Positions 14,532 to 29,000 of a stretch of 63,793 nucleotides of DNA are shown piece by piece. Below the pieces are notes generated by a model. It saw only the letters and a list, made by a program, of their open reading frames with translations. It was not told the DNA's origin and did no database searches. Each line of letters begins with the position of its first letter. Position 1 is the stretch's first letter. The stretch comes from Ancylonema sp. (Eukaryota), in contig JBFLGF010000145.1 of NCBI GenBank assembly GCA_050230475.1, positions 1 to 63,793 on the forward strand, read 5' to 3'. Made by a program: the position numbers and the translations under genes.

Positions 14532-17500
14532 ATGTGTGAAGACGGTGCGATGACAAACGGCGGTACTATCAACGGAGATGAGCCACCGCCGATCAGCGTC
14601 GTTCAAGCTTCGCAACATTCAATCGCAGCAAGCTTTGGTCCTCGCGGGTCATTGCTGGCGCTGTGCAGTTCTTGCTTCTTCCTTACTCTGCTTAATGGCT
14701 TTGTGCTGTCGATGGCCTTCTTTTCGACTCGTGGGAACGGATTCGACCTTCTCAAGGTAATTCTTGTGTACTTGAAATCGATCTTGAAATGATTGACAGG
14801 GTTCATACATTTTCTGTTTCTGCCAGCAATCTCCATAATCAGTGTACAAAATGGCGGTACACATTTGCAACCTTTCCGGCGCACCTGCCTGTGTTTATAT
14901 GGTTACTATGCAGTTGTGACATGCAAATTTTCTGTCATTGTCAATTCATGTGTGTTAATCTTGCACGAAGTATCGGCTGTGCTCTAGTAGCATCAGTCCA
15001 TCCTATCTCTCCCTTTGAGCGCTGCTTGCTTGAGACGCGTGAATCTTCAATCTTGCACAGATTCCAACTCATTCCCGTTTCAGCAGGCATCGCCTTCACC
15101 TCAATGCTCTTGTCCCCCGATCATGAACGAGGATTCGGTGGTGGCATTTTTAAGTGCGCAAACAAACGAGTCGGAAAAAGGGATTACAACACAATCTCTC
15201 AAAGAAGCCAAGGTACAATATATAGAAAAACACAAGACAAGTACGCAAGTAAGCATGATCGATATCAAAGTTATGATGCATGAGGAAGCATGGATAAGAT
15301 GATAAATTTTCGATTTCAAGTTGTGGCAATAATAATGTTCGGGCAATGGCAGCTGGTAGAAGACAGGCTTGACGGGTACTGTGCAGGGAGCTTGACATTT
15401 GGATCGAGGAAATGCCGAGGTGATAGAATTCATTGCATCCGGTGTTGATCCTCAAATAGTCTTTGTCCAAATGAAGGAGGTTACTTGTATGACATGTATG
15501 CGGATGCAAAGACGGTGTGAGTAGTTAGTTGTCAAAGTCTAGCTTGAATATTTACATGAACTTGAAGATTGACAATGAATTGAATGTCCATACCCTCCCT
15601 CTCACCTCACGCTTGCCTAGAGTTCAACACAAGTCACTCCCCAATCTCTCGTATCGTTTGTGTTTCTATAGGAAGCATTGCCTTTGCAAACAAAAGACGA
15701 TGAGACGGAGAAGAGTGTGATCTCTTGCGAACAAGCAAGTGTACTCACAAACACGAGCTCAACGGTCACCTCGGTGCAATCAACCAACAGAGGGGAAGGG
15801 AACATTACGGTCTTGTATGAAGAAGCAAGGGTGAGAGGAGTGTTGCATGGGTGACAAAGCTAAGCGCGGTATGCGGTATGGGAGATAGAGATGAGAGGGA
15901 TGTGAGTACTCACCATTTTGATATGACATTCCTTGACTCTCATTGAGTGATAGGATGGGAGACATTTTGGGATGATTTGGGCCATATCCGCTGATGAAAA
16001 ATAGAAAGCAGGGAAGAGTGGGATTGGTTTCGGGGCTAGGGGAATCAAGTTCGCCTGCCACTTGGACTCATAATGTGAATGTGAATGTGAATCAGTTGTG
16101 TTTCTCTTCAACTTCTCCTCCCTCTTCAGGAGCTTTTGGGAGGATGGTACATCCCCCCCGACCTTGATGTCATGGCTAGAGAGAGGAAGGGAAGTGGGGG
16201 CGAAAGTGGGGAAAGTGGGGGGGAGGAGGTGGGGAGGGACGGGGGGAAGCGGCCGAATCCGGATCGAGATGTTTGCGAGTTTTGTGGCCCTTGGATGCGA
16301 AAATATGCCGAATTCCATCGGAACGCGAGACGGGTTGGGAACAAGCCGGCGGATCCGGAGCAGAGGGTGAAGTACATAACGTTCACGTGTAAGAACGGTG
16401 GGTCTGGGTGCATTAGTGGGTTGGGAGACGACTTGGTGGGCATGGCTTCAGCCTTCATGGTGGCGTTGGTGACGGATCGGGTGCTACTGATTGACTGGGA
16501 CCCCACTTACGGGCCCGAAGTCGAGCCCGCAGGAGTCGACGGGAGGGTGGATCCAGGAGTGGCGCTCGGGTGGGAAGGGAACCCGGGTATCAGAACAGAA
16601 CTGTTAGTGATGAGGGGTAAGCAGTGGGTGAGAGAGGAGATGGAGATGCGAAAAAATGGGAGCAAGTGGCTTAGTACCAAGAGAGAGCCCGTGGGGAAGA
16701 GTGGGGGAGACATGGTGAATGTGGGGAACGGACCGAAGAGCGGAGGGAAGTTGAAGAAAGAGGCGAAGCCGTGGGTGATTCAAGAAGTGAATTACATAAA
16801 CTTTGCTGTATACAACAAGCAACTTCGACATGTTGAGGAGGCGTGGGGTGACGTGGATCACGTGGTTGTGAGGTGGAATCGAGGCATCGTGACGCATACT
16901 CTGTTGGGGGGCGATAAGGTGAACTCAAACAAGTTGATCAAGGAGTGGGGAATGAGGCCCCCCATTGCGTTTGGATGTATTTTGAGGCTGCTGTTACGGT
17001 GAGAGAGGGGGCTGGGCTGGGTGGACACAGATGGGTTGGGATGGGAAGGGATGGGATGGGATGGGATGGGATGGGGAGCTCAGAAATTCACATATGGTCA
17101 ATGTCGGTATTGTAGAGTCAGTACATGCGAGATACGCGATATGTACTAGGAAGCAGTAGTGCACTACGCGGTGTGACCAACCATGTAGGGTTTGAGGTTT
17201 AGGGTACGGCATTGACAGCCCCACGTGCAATCATGGGGGGTGAAGTTGTGTGAGTTTCGGTCGTTCCAACTGTTGCGTGTGGGAGTCCCTTTTTCAACCC
17301 CCAACGTTTGTCGTGTGTGCAGCGTGAAACCGGAAGTATTGGAGGAAGTTGGTCTCCTCATGAGAACGCTACGAGGACATTCGCTGTGCATCCACGTACG
17401 AGTGGATGATGAGGCATCCGGATTCATCGGAAATACAAAGACCACAGGATCCCAAAAGCATACCAATGCGTTGATGGACAATGCAAAGCCCATATTCGAG

Positions 17501-18305
17501 TGCGCGGAGGTGGGTTATAAGCGTAGGGGACATTGAAGCATGTGTGAACATCAAAACTTTTTCCTACTTGCCTCCCCATGTGTATATCCTTGATCGATGT
17601 ATAACAATAACTTCCACCTGTAATACTCCTCAACCGGAATAGCTCCTATAGAAAACAATTTTGTCCCAACACAAGGATTTAGGTTCACAAATCCCCCCAT
17701 TGCGTTATAATTTACCCACAACGAAATATTTTAGTCCAACACCGCACATATTTCGGGAGAAAAGAGTGTCACGTGATACTGCTCCATCCATTTTCTTGAT
17801 ATGAAAAGAAGAATGAGAAGATGGAAGCACTTGTTTTGTACCCCATTGTGTGTAGGCACTTTCTGGTTTCTGGTTTGCGCCAACCGCCTCCTTCAAGTGG
17901 TTAGTCATGAGCAGCTCCTTTGCGTTGAAGGAGGCGGCAAAGAAACTTTATGGGGACAAGGTGAGATTGTAACATTGTTTCTCCAATCGTTTATGCTGAC
18001 GTCATTGTTAAAGTCAACCTCATTTCGAATTTCGGGTACCGTCTTCACTCTGTTGGTAAAACTTTCCGTACCATGGTGAGCCTTTGGTTTGACCATCGAC
18101 CATGTGCGTCATTGAGTGGAGGGAGTGAATACGACATCCTAGTCCGCATTCCGGTGCCCCCACCATGGTGCACACACCATCCCTTGCTCTCCCATCACAT
18201 GCACACTCCTCTGATTGGGGCCACACAACCAACATATGAATGTATACATATATGAATATATGAATATATACATATATACATATATACATCCATAAATGTG
18301 CATAC

Positions 18306-18342
<37 letters not shown>

Positions 18343-18362
18343 TATAGACATATGCATATGAA

Positions 18363-18418
<56 letters not shown>

Positions 18419-20156
18419 GGGTGGGAAGGGAACCCGGGTATCAGAACAGAACTGTTAGTGATGAGGGGTAAGCAGTGGGTGAGAGAGGAGATGGAGATGC
18501 GAAAAAATGGGAGCAAGTGGCTTAGTACCAAGAGAGAGCCCGTGGGGAAGAGTGGGGGAGACATGGTGAATGTGGGGAACGGACCGAAGAGCGGAGGGAA
18601 GTTGAAGAAAGAGGCGAAGCCGTGGGTGATTCAAGAAGTGAATTACATAAACTTTGCTGTATACAACAAGCAACTTCGACATGTTGAGGAGGCGTGGGGT
18701 GACGTGGATCACGTGGTTGTGAGGTGGAATCGAGGCATCGTGACGCATACTCTGTTGGGGGGCGATAAGGTGAACTCAAACAAGTTGATCAAGGAGTGGG
18801 GAATGAGGCCCCCCATTGCGTTTGGATGTATTTTGAGGCTGCTGTTACGGTGAGAGAGGGGGCTGGGCTGGGTGGACACAGATGGGTTGGGATGGGAAGG
18901 GATGGGATGGGATGGGATGGGATGGGGAGCTCAGAAATTCACATATGGTCAATGTCGGTATTGTAGAGTCAGTACATGCGAGATACGCGATATGTACTAG
19001 GAAGCAGTAGTGCACTACGCGGTGTGACCAACCATGTAGGGTTTGAGGTTTAGGGTACGGCATTGACAGCCCCACGTGCAATCATGGGGGGTGAAGTTGT
19101 GTGAGTTTCGGTCGTTCCAACTGTTGCGTGTGGGAGTCCCTTTTTCAACCCCCAACGTTTGTCGTGTGTGCAGCGTGAAACCGGAAGTATTGGAGGAAGT
19201 TGGTCTCCTCATGAGAACGCTACGAGGACATTCGCTGTGCATCCACGTACGAGTGGATGATGAGGCATCCGGATTCATCGGAAATACAAAGACCACAGGA
19301 TCCCAAAAGCATACCAATGCGTTGATGGACAATGCAAAGCCCATATTCGAGTGCGCGGAGGTGGGTTATAAGCGTAGGGGACATTGAAGCATGTGTGAAC
19401 ATCAAAACTTTTTCCTACTTGCCTCCCCATGTGTATATCCTTGATCGATGTATAACAATAACTTCCACCTGTAATACTCCTCAACCGGAATAGCTCCTAT
19501 AGAAAACAATTTTGTCCCAACACAAGGATTTAGGTTCACAAATCCCCCCATTGCGTTATAATTTACCCACAACGAAATATTTTAGTCCAACACCGCACAT
19601 ATTTCGGGAGAAAAGAGTGTCACGTGATACTGCTCCATCCATTTTCTTGATATGAAAAGAAGAATGAGAAGATGGAAGCACTTGTTTTGTACCCCATTGT
19701 GTGTAGGCACTTTCTGGTTTCTGGTTTGCGCCAACCGCCTCCTTCAAGTGGTTAGTCATGAGCAGCTCCTTTGCGTTGAAGGAGGCGGCAAAGAAACTTT
19801 ATGGGGACAAGGTGAGATTGTAACATTGTTTCTCCAATCGTTTATGCTGACGTCATTGTTAAAGTCAACCTCATTTCGAATTTCGGGTACCGTCTTCACT
19901 CTGTTGGTAAAACTTTCCGTACCATGGTGAGCCTTTGGTTTGACCATCGACCATGTGCGTCATTGAGTGGAGGGAGTGAATACGACATCCTAGTCCGCAT
20001 TCCGGTGCCCCCACCATGGTGCACACACCATCCCTTGCTCTCCCATCACATGCACACTCCTCTGATTGGGGCCACACAACCAACATATGAATGTATACAT
20101 ATATGAATATATGAATATATACATATATACATATATACATCCATAAATGTGCATAC

Positions 20157-20193
<37 letters not shown>

Positions 20194-20213
20194 TATAGAC
20201 ATATGCATATGAA

Positions 20214-20270
<57 letters not shown>

Positions 20271-20287
20271 CATACATATATATATAC

Positions 20288-20338
<51 letters not shown>

Positions 20339-20463
20339 TATGTATATATATATATATATATGTAAATATGTATATGTATATACATATATATATTACATTT
20401 ATATATATACATCTACATATACATACATATATATAGACATATGCATATGAAACATATACATGT

Positions 20464-20516
<53 letters not shown>

Positions 20517-20955
20517 CGTATTTGTCTAAACTATAGTTGTGTTAAATAACGAATATATGTGACTCAATGAATTTCACATGAACTCATATACACATCAAAA
20601 TAATGAAGAATATTAAAGTTATAAATGGAAACTAAAATATATCTTCCTCTACACCTCCTTCCTTGTCGCGTGCGTGTAGGTTGTCACGACTCACTTTCAT
20701 CCCCGCCACATCACGAGACAATCTCCAAGTAAAGAGACCTACCGATCGTTGGTGGCGGAGTGGGCGCTGCTGACAACATGTAACAAATTCATTGTCACAG
20801 AGTCCGGATTCTCCAAAACTTCAGTCATGTATTCCCTCAAACCCCAAAGCACTTGGCTATTTCCGAGGTGGCAGAACTACTCCAACACGAAACCGTGCTC
20901 TGTGCAACTTCCCACCAATGTTCAAAAGTTGGGAATGGAATGGAGCGGATTGTGA
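14532..20955 (+). CDS. Golgi type-II membrane fucosyltransferase-like glycosyltransferase (GT37/GT23/GT11-type motifs); middle exons duplicated in this assembly
   Basis: Exons about 14532(or 14549)-14756, 15084-15212, 15672-15830, 16130-16998, 17323-17509, 17856-17960 and 20680-20955 splice in frame. N-terminal TM segment, [28 protein letters not shown] (cf. GT37 SGLGNR...ALLTDRVLLVD), CIHVR, and [20 protein letters not shown]. Confidence 0.78.
16567..20268. repeat. Tandem duplication, unit 1851 bp (16567-18417 / 18418-about 20268)
   Basis: The ORF tracks repeat with offset 1851. Copy 2 begins mid-exon directly after a (TA)n run. Confidence 0.95.
20090..20515. repeat. Long (TA)/(CATATA) microsatellite; shorter copy at 18240-18417
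   Basis: Read directly. Confidence 0.95.
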
Positions 20956-21692
20956 TGCCTAAAATAATAACTTGCTCCGAGGCGGAGTGGGTTTGAGCAG
21001 TCATGTAAATAATAGCAACCACACGCACAAGACGGCATGGACCGAAGATCTCTATACCGAGGGCTGAAATTTCCCTTCATTTAAAGTGGTACTAAATCGG
21101 CCGTTAGGAGTTGTGGCACTGAAGGGAAAAAGCAAAATAATAATAACAATCAAAAAAAAAAAAAAAAACAAATGATATCTGAAAATATAGGGTTATTCCC
21201 AGATTTTCAAGGTTGATCGGATTAGTTTGGTATGGCCGAATTTTGAATAGTTGTGACCACTTTGGCAAACCACAACGATTCATATAATTATGTAAAAACA
21301 TTATTGCTCACTCACTTTCGAACTTCATTTGTCTAAAGAAGTGGACCACTTCTTTAAAAAAATGTGTTGCCTTCCTCATTTTGTACAATCTTTACCATAT
21401 CGTGGGGTCGACCATAGTCTACGTGTCTCTCGATCTAACCTGATCATCGGTTGTGGTTGAACGCATGCTCGCTCTAATAGTTAGTGCGGCGGCATTGTAA
21501 TAACGAACACACGCTTCCGATCATATAGGTGGTGACGGTTGTCGTATGGTATAGAATCGTGATCTTTATCCATGTCATGTCTAAATTATTTCCATATTGT
21601 GTGCTTCTCCTATTTAATCCTACTAGGAGGCCGGTACTACCATGTGCATGTTCACCATTCGTGTTGTGGTTGAGGTTGCCCGATAGTTTGGA

Positions 21693-21770
21693 AGAGCCTG
21701 TAAGAGCATGTAAGAGCATGTTAGAGCATGTAAGAGCATGTGAGAGCATGTAAGAGCATGTGAGAGCATA
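21693..21770. repeat. Tandem array of a 10-bp unit TAAGAGCATG (about 8 copies)
   Basis: Read directly: taagagcatg taagagcatg ttagagcatg taagagcatg tgagagcatg ... Confidence 0.95.
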
Positions 21771-22899
21771 AAGCATTGCAATTGATGTATCATTATTCGG
21801 GAGTGGTCAAGAACGGCCATAGTTGCTTAATGTTGAACGAGCACAATTGGTCGGATTTATGCTTATCGGTTTTCATGGTGGTGTTACATCCTCGCCCAAC
21901 CTTACTCCGTCCACGTTTGGAGACGGAGGTGAGAACATCGCAATCGAAACCCTCACAATTTCAATATTATTCTAAAAGTTATACTGAATTGCAAGAGTTG
22001 TTTCGGGTAATTAGGTCAAAAACCTTTTTCGTTTGATCACATACATATTTTGCGGAGTTTACCTCCAAATATTTCCACGCTAGTATGCTATTGCAAAAGT
22101 GAAGAAGGGGTTGGAGGGAAGAATCCGGTATCATTCTTAAAATTTTGCCCGCCAAGATTCCGCAATATGAATTCGCTCAACAAGTTGACATCAAACTCTT
22201 CTCACAATAAAGTTGAGCACACCTCGTTATCTCGAGTGAAGCACGCCAACTTACAATTACACGCTTCGAACATGACACACGTGTCGCGTGTGACACGTGT
22301 CATACGTCACATGTCACATGACGAACTTATTCAAACTTATTTTCACACGTGACGAGCTCGATTCAACCTGCGACCAGCCCGGGCAGGACCACCCAGCCCA
22401 GGCTGGGTGGGTGGGTGGACCATCCCCGATTTGGGTCCGACATCTTCCAACCCGGTTTGGCCGAGTCGGAATTGGTTTAACCCGGAGTGAACCCCCCCGA
22501 CCCGGATTTCCATTTGACATGGTCGGAAAAACGGGTTGAAAGCTGGGAGCTGGCAGTTGGACAAGACCCGGGTCGGGGGTTCCGCACAACACTGTAACCT
22601 CCTGTAACGTGGTCGACCGTTACCGTAGCGGTCGACCGCTACGTTATTGATCGTAACGTAGCGTCACGTTACGTCACGTGGTCAACCGGACGCCATCAGA
22701 GTCCTCAGCTTGTCCGAATATCGTTTTGCCAAAGTGGTACTTTTGCCAAATTTGGCGTGGTTGGGAACGAGCCGACATCCGAGCTGGCGCTACCTAGGCT
22801 GCCTCTGGCCAGGTTCAAGTACGTTGTGGACTCTAAAAGTAGTCCTCTACTCCGTTCTTCAGAGTATCGGACTGGATCCTCTGACTCACCTTGTCAGCC

Positions 22900-23508
22900 A
22901 TGGCCTTAGGAGATAAGGGAAAGCCAAGGAAGGAGGAAGTTGTGACGCGGGAGTATACTGTGAATCTACACAAGCGACTTCATGGCGCGTAAGTTTCTGG
23001 CTCTTTCAATAAAACATCAAAATGAATCTTATTCCCTGCTTGTCCTAACCGTACGGGCCTTCGCTTGTATAGCAGTCCAATTATTTAGCTTTAATAACTA
23101 TCAAGCTGCAGACGAGTCCTATGACTACTGTTACACCATATCACCCATCGACCATTGAAAAGAACCCGAAAAACCCCAAAACTCTCGTCTGCCGAGTAAC
23201 TGCTCATCATTCCTGCCATATCTTTCAGTACTTTCAAAAAGAAGGCTCCTCGAGCAATCAAGGAGATCCGGAAATTCGCTCAGAAAGCCATGGGAACCAC
23301 TGACGTGCGAGTGGATACAAAGCTGAACAAGTTCCTGTGGAGTCGGGGTGTGCGAAATGTGCCCATGCGTGTCCGCGTGCGCATTTCCCGGAAGCGTAAT
23401 GATGACGAGGATGCGAAGGAGGAGCTGTACTCCTATGTCACTGTGGCAGATATTCCTGCTGAGGGGTTATCCAGACTAGGCACCACCATTGTGGAGGAGG
23501 AGGCTTAG
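22900..23508 (+). CDS. RPL31: 60S ribosomal protein L31 (eL31)
   Basis: Exons 22900-22988 and 23229-23508 give [98 protein letters not shown]...; intact. Confidence 0.98.
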
Positions 23509-25640
23509 AGTCGGATCTGTCCATCTGCAACCTTGTAAGCTCGGAATGTATTTTACCACGCGCCAGCTGCACTCACATGTGTGGCTGGATGACATCTGTC
23601 GCAATCTTGTCCATCGGATGATATGTTACACGCAGGTACTTTTTCTGACGTGGCACACAGCATGTCCTGCAACTTTGTTGCTAGCGTGATTCTAGACGAC
23701 TACAGCTGCCTAACTGCCACCGAGTCTGTGGCATTTGATACATTACAAGTGTGCACAACAGAAAACATGACACTCCAGATTCGCAGTTCGCAGTTCCTGA
23801 CCAATCGTGTCACATTTGACCTATCACAGCAATCCTTATGAATCCAGTAGTACTAAAACATCCCACCACCTTTAAGCCCATCGCTGGAAAATGTTGTTTT
23901 GTAGTCCGAACTGCATATCACCAACCTGACCCCAACAAAATTAAAGATTATCACTAGAATATGGTGAAGGTCAGCACATGTATGTGAAGGTTTGGAGTTT
24001 TGATGGTTTATGTCACTCAGCACCAGATCCTGCCTCATAGCAACCATGGCTTACAACATCGGTAGGTACCAAGGGGTGCTGGATCACACTTTTGCCGCAC
24101 GCTTTTGCTGAGCCGTGTCCAGTCACCAACAGAGTGCCAACAGAGACAATCGTATCGGGTGCGGTGTTGGTTTACAGTCTTCATTAAAACTTCGCAACAT
24201 TCAGAATGTTGGACTCGATAGACAAGTCTGACTTAAAATTAGTTCAATGAATAAAGTTGGTCTGTTGAAAGTGAGTTGATATTCCATCGCGTGATTTTTA
24301 TTTGCATTTTTTTTAGGCACAATATACTAATGCTGCACACAAGTATGCAATACAAGTGACATAGAACAATGTATTGCGGCATCTTGCATTGTGGTGATGA
24401 CATCTGCCCCATCATGGAAATATAAGGATTATTGATCATGTCGTCCCTCACTTGTGTAATCTCCTCGTACTTCATTACAAAAAATCAATAAGATGCATTC
24501 ATGCATGTGCATGTGTCTTAACCCTCTTGCCACTGCAATGTTTCATGAAGTCACGTCTTAGAAAGAGCACGAGCTGAACACGAGGGTCGAGTCCATATAT
24601 GAACCGACACCTAATGATGATTTCTGTCATGATCAAAATTTAATCATGGGTTACAAGTACGGATGCATCCCATCCCCTTGCAAGGCGGGAATGGGGGATG
24701 GCTATCTTATGGGGGAAATGTATTTCTCCAATCGTAAAAACAACTATTGCCGAAGTTGGGGCTTTAAGCATCACTACTCAGAGGTAGTGTATCTTCCTTC
24801 CCATCTCCCCAAGTATGGCTTTGCTGAAGTGTTGTTTTGCATTTGGCAAATCGGAGTCTTGTGCTCTTTTCCAACCATGTGTGTTCGAGAGAGTCAAACA
24901 TCTATAATTTGGCTTACTGTAGTCTGTGCCTACACCTATCTAAGCATAAAGGAGCAGGGGATGTCAAAGGGACAAATATGACGACACACCAAAAAAATTA
25001 CATGATGTAAAACGCATGACATGCATGTATGTTGATGAAATTATAATGTGACATCGACATCGTGTGAGAACGTTATTCCAAAAATTGAGATTCACCACAC
25101 GCACCACACGCACCACACGCACGAAAATACATAGAGAGTAGCGGACATGGCTATCCATGTGTGCAAGAACATATTATGGTGCTACCACATTCTTAAACAA
25201 ACGAGCCAACATCACGAAATGTTTTCCTCCTTGCAAAAAATACACATGTCAGCCGAGATCACATCTCCTCTTTTTGGGTCTCGTAAACCCATGCCCAACG
25301 TTTCAACAAGTACCTACTATACTTATCCAACCTTCTTAGCTAGATATAGACACACTAGTCCTTGCCGTGGTTGCATGCCCTAGAGGCCGACCATGTCATA
25401 CCAAAGGGTGCTGGATCATTATTTTTCTGCACACTATTGCTGAATCGTGTTCAAACACGAAAAAAGTGTCATCGGGCAGATTCTAGGGAATCTAAAATTG
25501 CTGGTAGCCAATGATGCAAATGATGTTGTCGTGCCATCTAGCATCGTGCCACACTTGCACGTGTTATACAATAGCTATAATGAACTTTGTCGTTTTATGC
25601 ACTTCACATGTGCGAAACACTTTCGGGCTTCTACATGGTC

Positions 25641-25876
25641 GAGCACACGTATATGTTATGATCTAATCGAGATCCGCCACATGTCCATGTGAGATAACAT
25701 TGGCTAATGTACACCATTGAGCACATATGTATATATAATGGTCTAGTCGAGATCCGCCACATGTCAGTGTGGGATAACATGGGCTAATGTACACCATTGA
25801 GCACACGTGTATATATTATGATATAGTCGGGATCTGCCAGATGTCTATGTGCGATAATATTGTATAATGTACACCA
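25641..25876. repeat. Minisatellite, three diverged copies of a 78-80 bp unit
   Basis: Units start with gagcac at 25641, 25719 and 25799, and each contains gatccgccacatgtc...gataa...taatgtacacca. Confidence 0.9.
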
Positions 25877-26037
25877 AATAATACTTTCTAAAACTACCTA
25901 AACAACCTAAAATTACCCAAGGCAAGGTAATGCCTTCGGCCTAAACGTATAGTTTTTGAAACTTAATTATCTTTGTGCAATGTCAAATGTTGTCGATCAG
26001 AATGAGAAAGATAATCACACTTAAATGCAAAGTATTC

Positions 26038-29000
26038 ATATAGGCTGAGAATACTATCCGAACCGCAATCAGCTTACACAATGGGTTGCAAGGTAATTTT
26101 GACAGCGGTTCCCGAGGTGATGAGATCTCAAATGAAATATGTGTACCACAACTTCAGTTTTGTTTAGTTTCTTACTTCCTGGCTGCCTACAATCGTTTCG
26201 CATCGCACAAAATCTAGCTTGCCGTCAAACGTACTTACTAATCGATTCCTGGCCATTTGTTCTCCAAATGCCGGCACTCAAATCGCTGTGATACAATGCA
26301 TGGCTGCCACGCAGCATCTCCTCCCGTCTTGCCGCCATACATTGCTGATCTAAGCTTTCCATGGCGTATAATTTACGATACAACAATGCAACACCGTGAG
26401 ATTTGTCGAGATTTATTGTAGACATATCCTGACAGCAACACTGCAGCCTGAACTGCTGTACTTTAGTGAATGTATCAAAAGACATATGTGGACCTATAGT
26501 TGTCTAACAACATGTCGCTGGAAGTCTGCCTCCGGGAAGGTCGTTGTTGATGGCAGAGTAATCATAGCGTTCGTTAATAATTAAGGCCTTCATTTGCCAA
26601 TCGAAACTTGATTGCAAATACATCCGTCAGGACACGTGCCAAATTGAAGTGCCATTGCCAATACCCACGCATGTGTCAAACATGGTTTAAGGACGTAAAG
26701 TACCCGCACCCGGACCATTCATCGTATAGGCACATTTACCCATTCCCCCATAAGTAACCATAGGGGCACCCGATTGTATTTTGTCCGACAATGCACATGA
26801 CGCAAATGATACAAATGATGCAACTGATGCAAATGATGCAAATGGTAGTCCAAATGATCTCTCTCTAGTTCGTACCTTTCAACAAATCCTTATTCGACAT
26901 TTTACACATCACTGCCACTACATTTAGCGTTTTGACTACAGTATTGATAGGTATAAAATCGGAGACGTCACTAAAACGTCTCGTGCCATTCCCTCTACCC
27001 TCACAACTCCTCCCCCTCATTGTCTTTGAAGGGCAAAGGCACCGTCTTTACAGCGCGGAATTTACCCACATTATTCACGTGCTCGTTCTCCAACCTGAAC
27101 CACACCAAGAGGCGTCGTTTTGTTCTCAATCACACGCAATCAATGGAATGAAGTGCGAAAAGAAAGCCCCCCCTCTTTTTTCCCCACTTCTTCCGTGTCT
27201 GTACAGAAGACTGAGAGACTGGACTACACTTCATGACGGGTTTCGGTCAAAGAAAAATCGTTTACAACGATGCATAATTTCCCGATAAAAATTCTCGAGC
27301 TCTCCATCCAGATCCCGGAAAAATCAAACCCTGGGCGGTCTCTAGTGTACCCAAACCCAAAAGTTGCGAACGCTCACCTGAAGAAATTCCACATCCCCCT
27401 CCTCACCACCTCCAGCGCCGCAAATATGAAGTCCGTGACATTTGTATCCAGGGTCCCCAACTCCAGCCCTGTGATCGACTGCAGCCACTCAAACCGGAGG
27501 CCCACATCGACTACCTACACCCACAACCGACCAATCCACATCAAGTGGACCGACATTTGTACCAAAAATATAAGTAGGTCGGTTGGTTGGTTGGCCCATC
27601 TGGCAACCAATCGACAACAACTAACTAACTCTAGAGTCAACATGCTAATGTTTTTTTAAGTCAGGCATGAAAGAAAGCGAGTCATACATCTATCATGCTC
27701 CTCAACTCACCCTCCACAACCCCTCTCCCTTCATACCTCTCTACCTTCTCATCTCAATACCTTTAATCTTCCCCTAAAAAAACACTCAACCCCCTTATCC
27801 CCGTATCCCCACGTCTAAATACATCTTTGATCTAAAACCGCACAAAGAGAACCCGCAAACAAAACCCCACACCCCCCTCACCATCGCCACGTAGTACACC
27901 CACTTCTTCTTCAGCATCAGCTTTTCCCTCAACAAAAAAGAGGTCCCTCCTCGCCTCAACAACCCCCAATCGTTCACCAGATCCCAATAGATCTGGAACA
28001 CCGTGGAGCCAACTGCGGAAACTGCAAAGAGCGCCCCCAGCACCACCCCCTTGTGCTGCGAGAAGGCCACCTTGAAGGCCACCGTGGTCATGGCAGAGAG
28101 GTACTTGACGGAGTTGTACACCTGGCTCGGGTCCCGCTCGTCTATGTAGCGGCGGACGCACTTTGGGGGGGGGGGGGGGGGAGGAGAGGGAGACACAAAG
28201 GGGGAACAAAGGAAGAGAAGGTGAGAAGGGAAGGTTCTGGGAATCTTCTCAAGGTGATACTTGTGCTAGTATGATTGTACTGAGATTCTATTTTCTTTCC
28301 CTTCTTTTTATTTTTGAACATTTCATTATATTTGAGTATACTTGAGTATACTTGAAATCTTCTTTAAGTTCTATGCAGGCTAGGTACAGTCCTCACTTCT
28401 ATACACTATAGACTGCCCATAACGAGATACAAACACCATTCCTTCTCTCTCCCACTCTCCTACACAACTCCCAACTCCCCCGCCACCCCCCCCAGCCCCA
28501 CCATATCCACCCCCCACCTGCATGAATCGCCCGTAGTAGGGCAGCATGGCGATCACATACGCGATGTCCTTGAAGGCAGGTGAGTTGGTGCAGAAGGAGC
28601 CGTTCCGCGTCAGAAAGTACCCCCCTCCGTAGTAGCACCCCATGTACTCCAGGTACCGCAGACAGGGCACCTTCCAAACGGGAGAAGGGGGGGGAGGGGG
28701 AAAGGATTGAGTTCTGGAATTGAGATTAAANATATAGGCTGAGAATACTATCCGAACCGCAATCAGCTTACACAATGGGTTGCAAGGTAATTTTGACAGC
28801 GGTTCCCGAGGTGATGAGATCTCAAATGAAATATGTGTACCACAACTTCAGTTTTGTTTAGTTTCTTACTTCCTGGCTGCCTACAATCGTTTCGCATCGC
28901 ACAAAATCTAGCTTGCCGTCAAACGTACTTACTAATCGATTCCTGGCCATTTGTTCTCCAAATGCCGGCACTCAAATCGCTGTGATACAATGCATGGCTG

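Noticed and set aside
12653..20513. ORFs rich in YI/IY, ER, CMYA or HTYI repeats (also 9203-9565, 36051-36341, 43564-43968)
   Set aside because: Translations of microsatellites in introns.
27001..28671. Second functional PHO1 gene
   Set aside because: Only the last four exons are present, essentially identical to the main copy and abutting an N gap.
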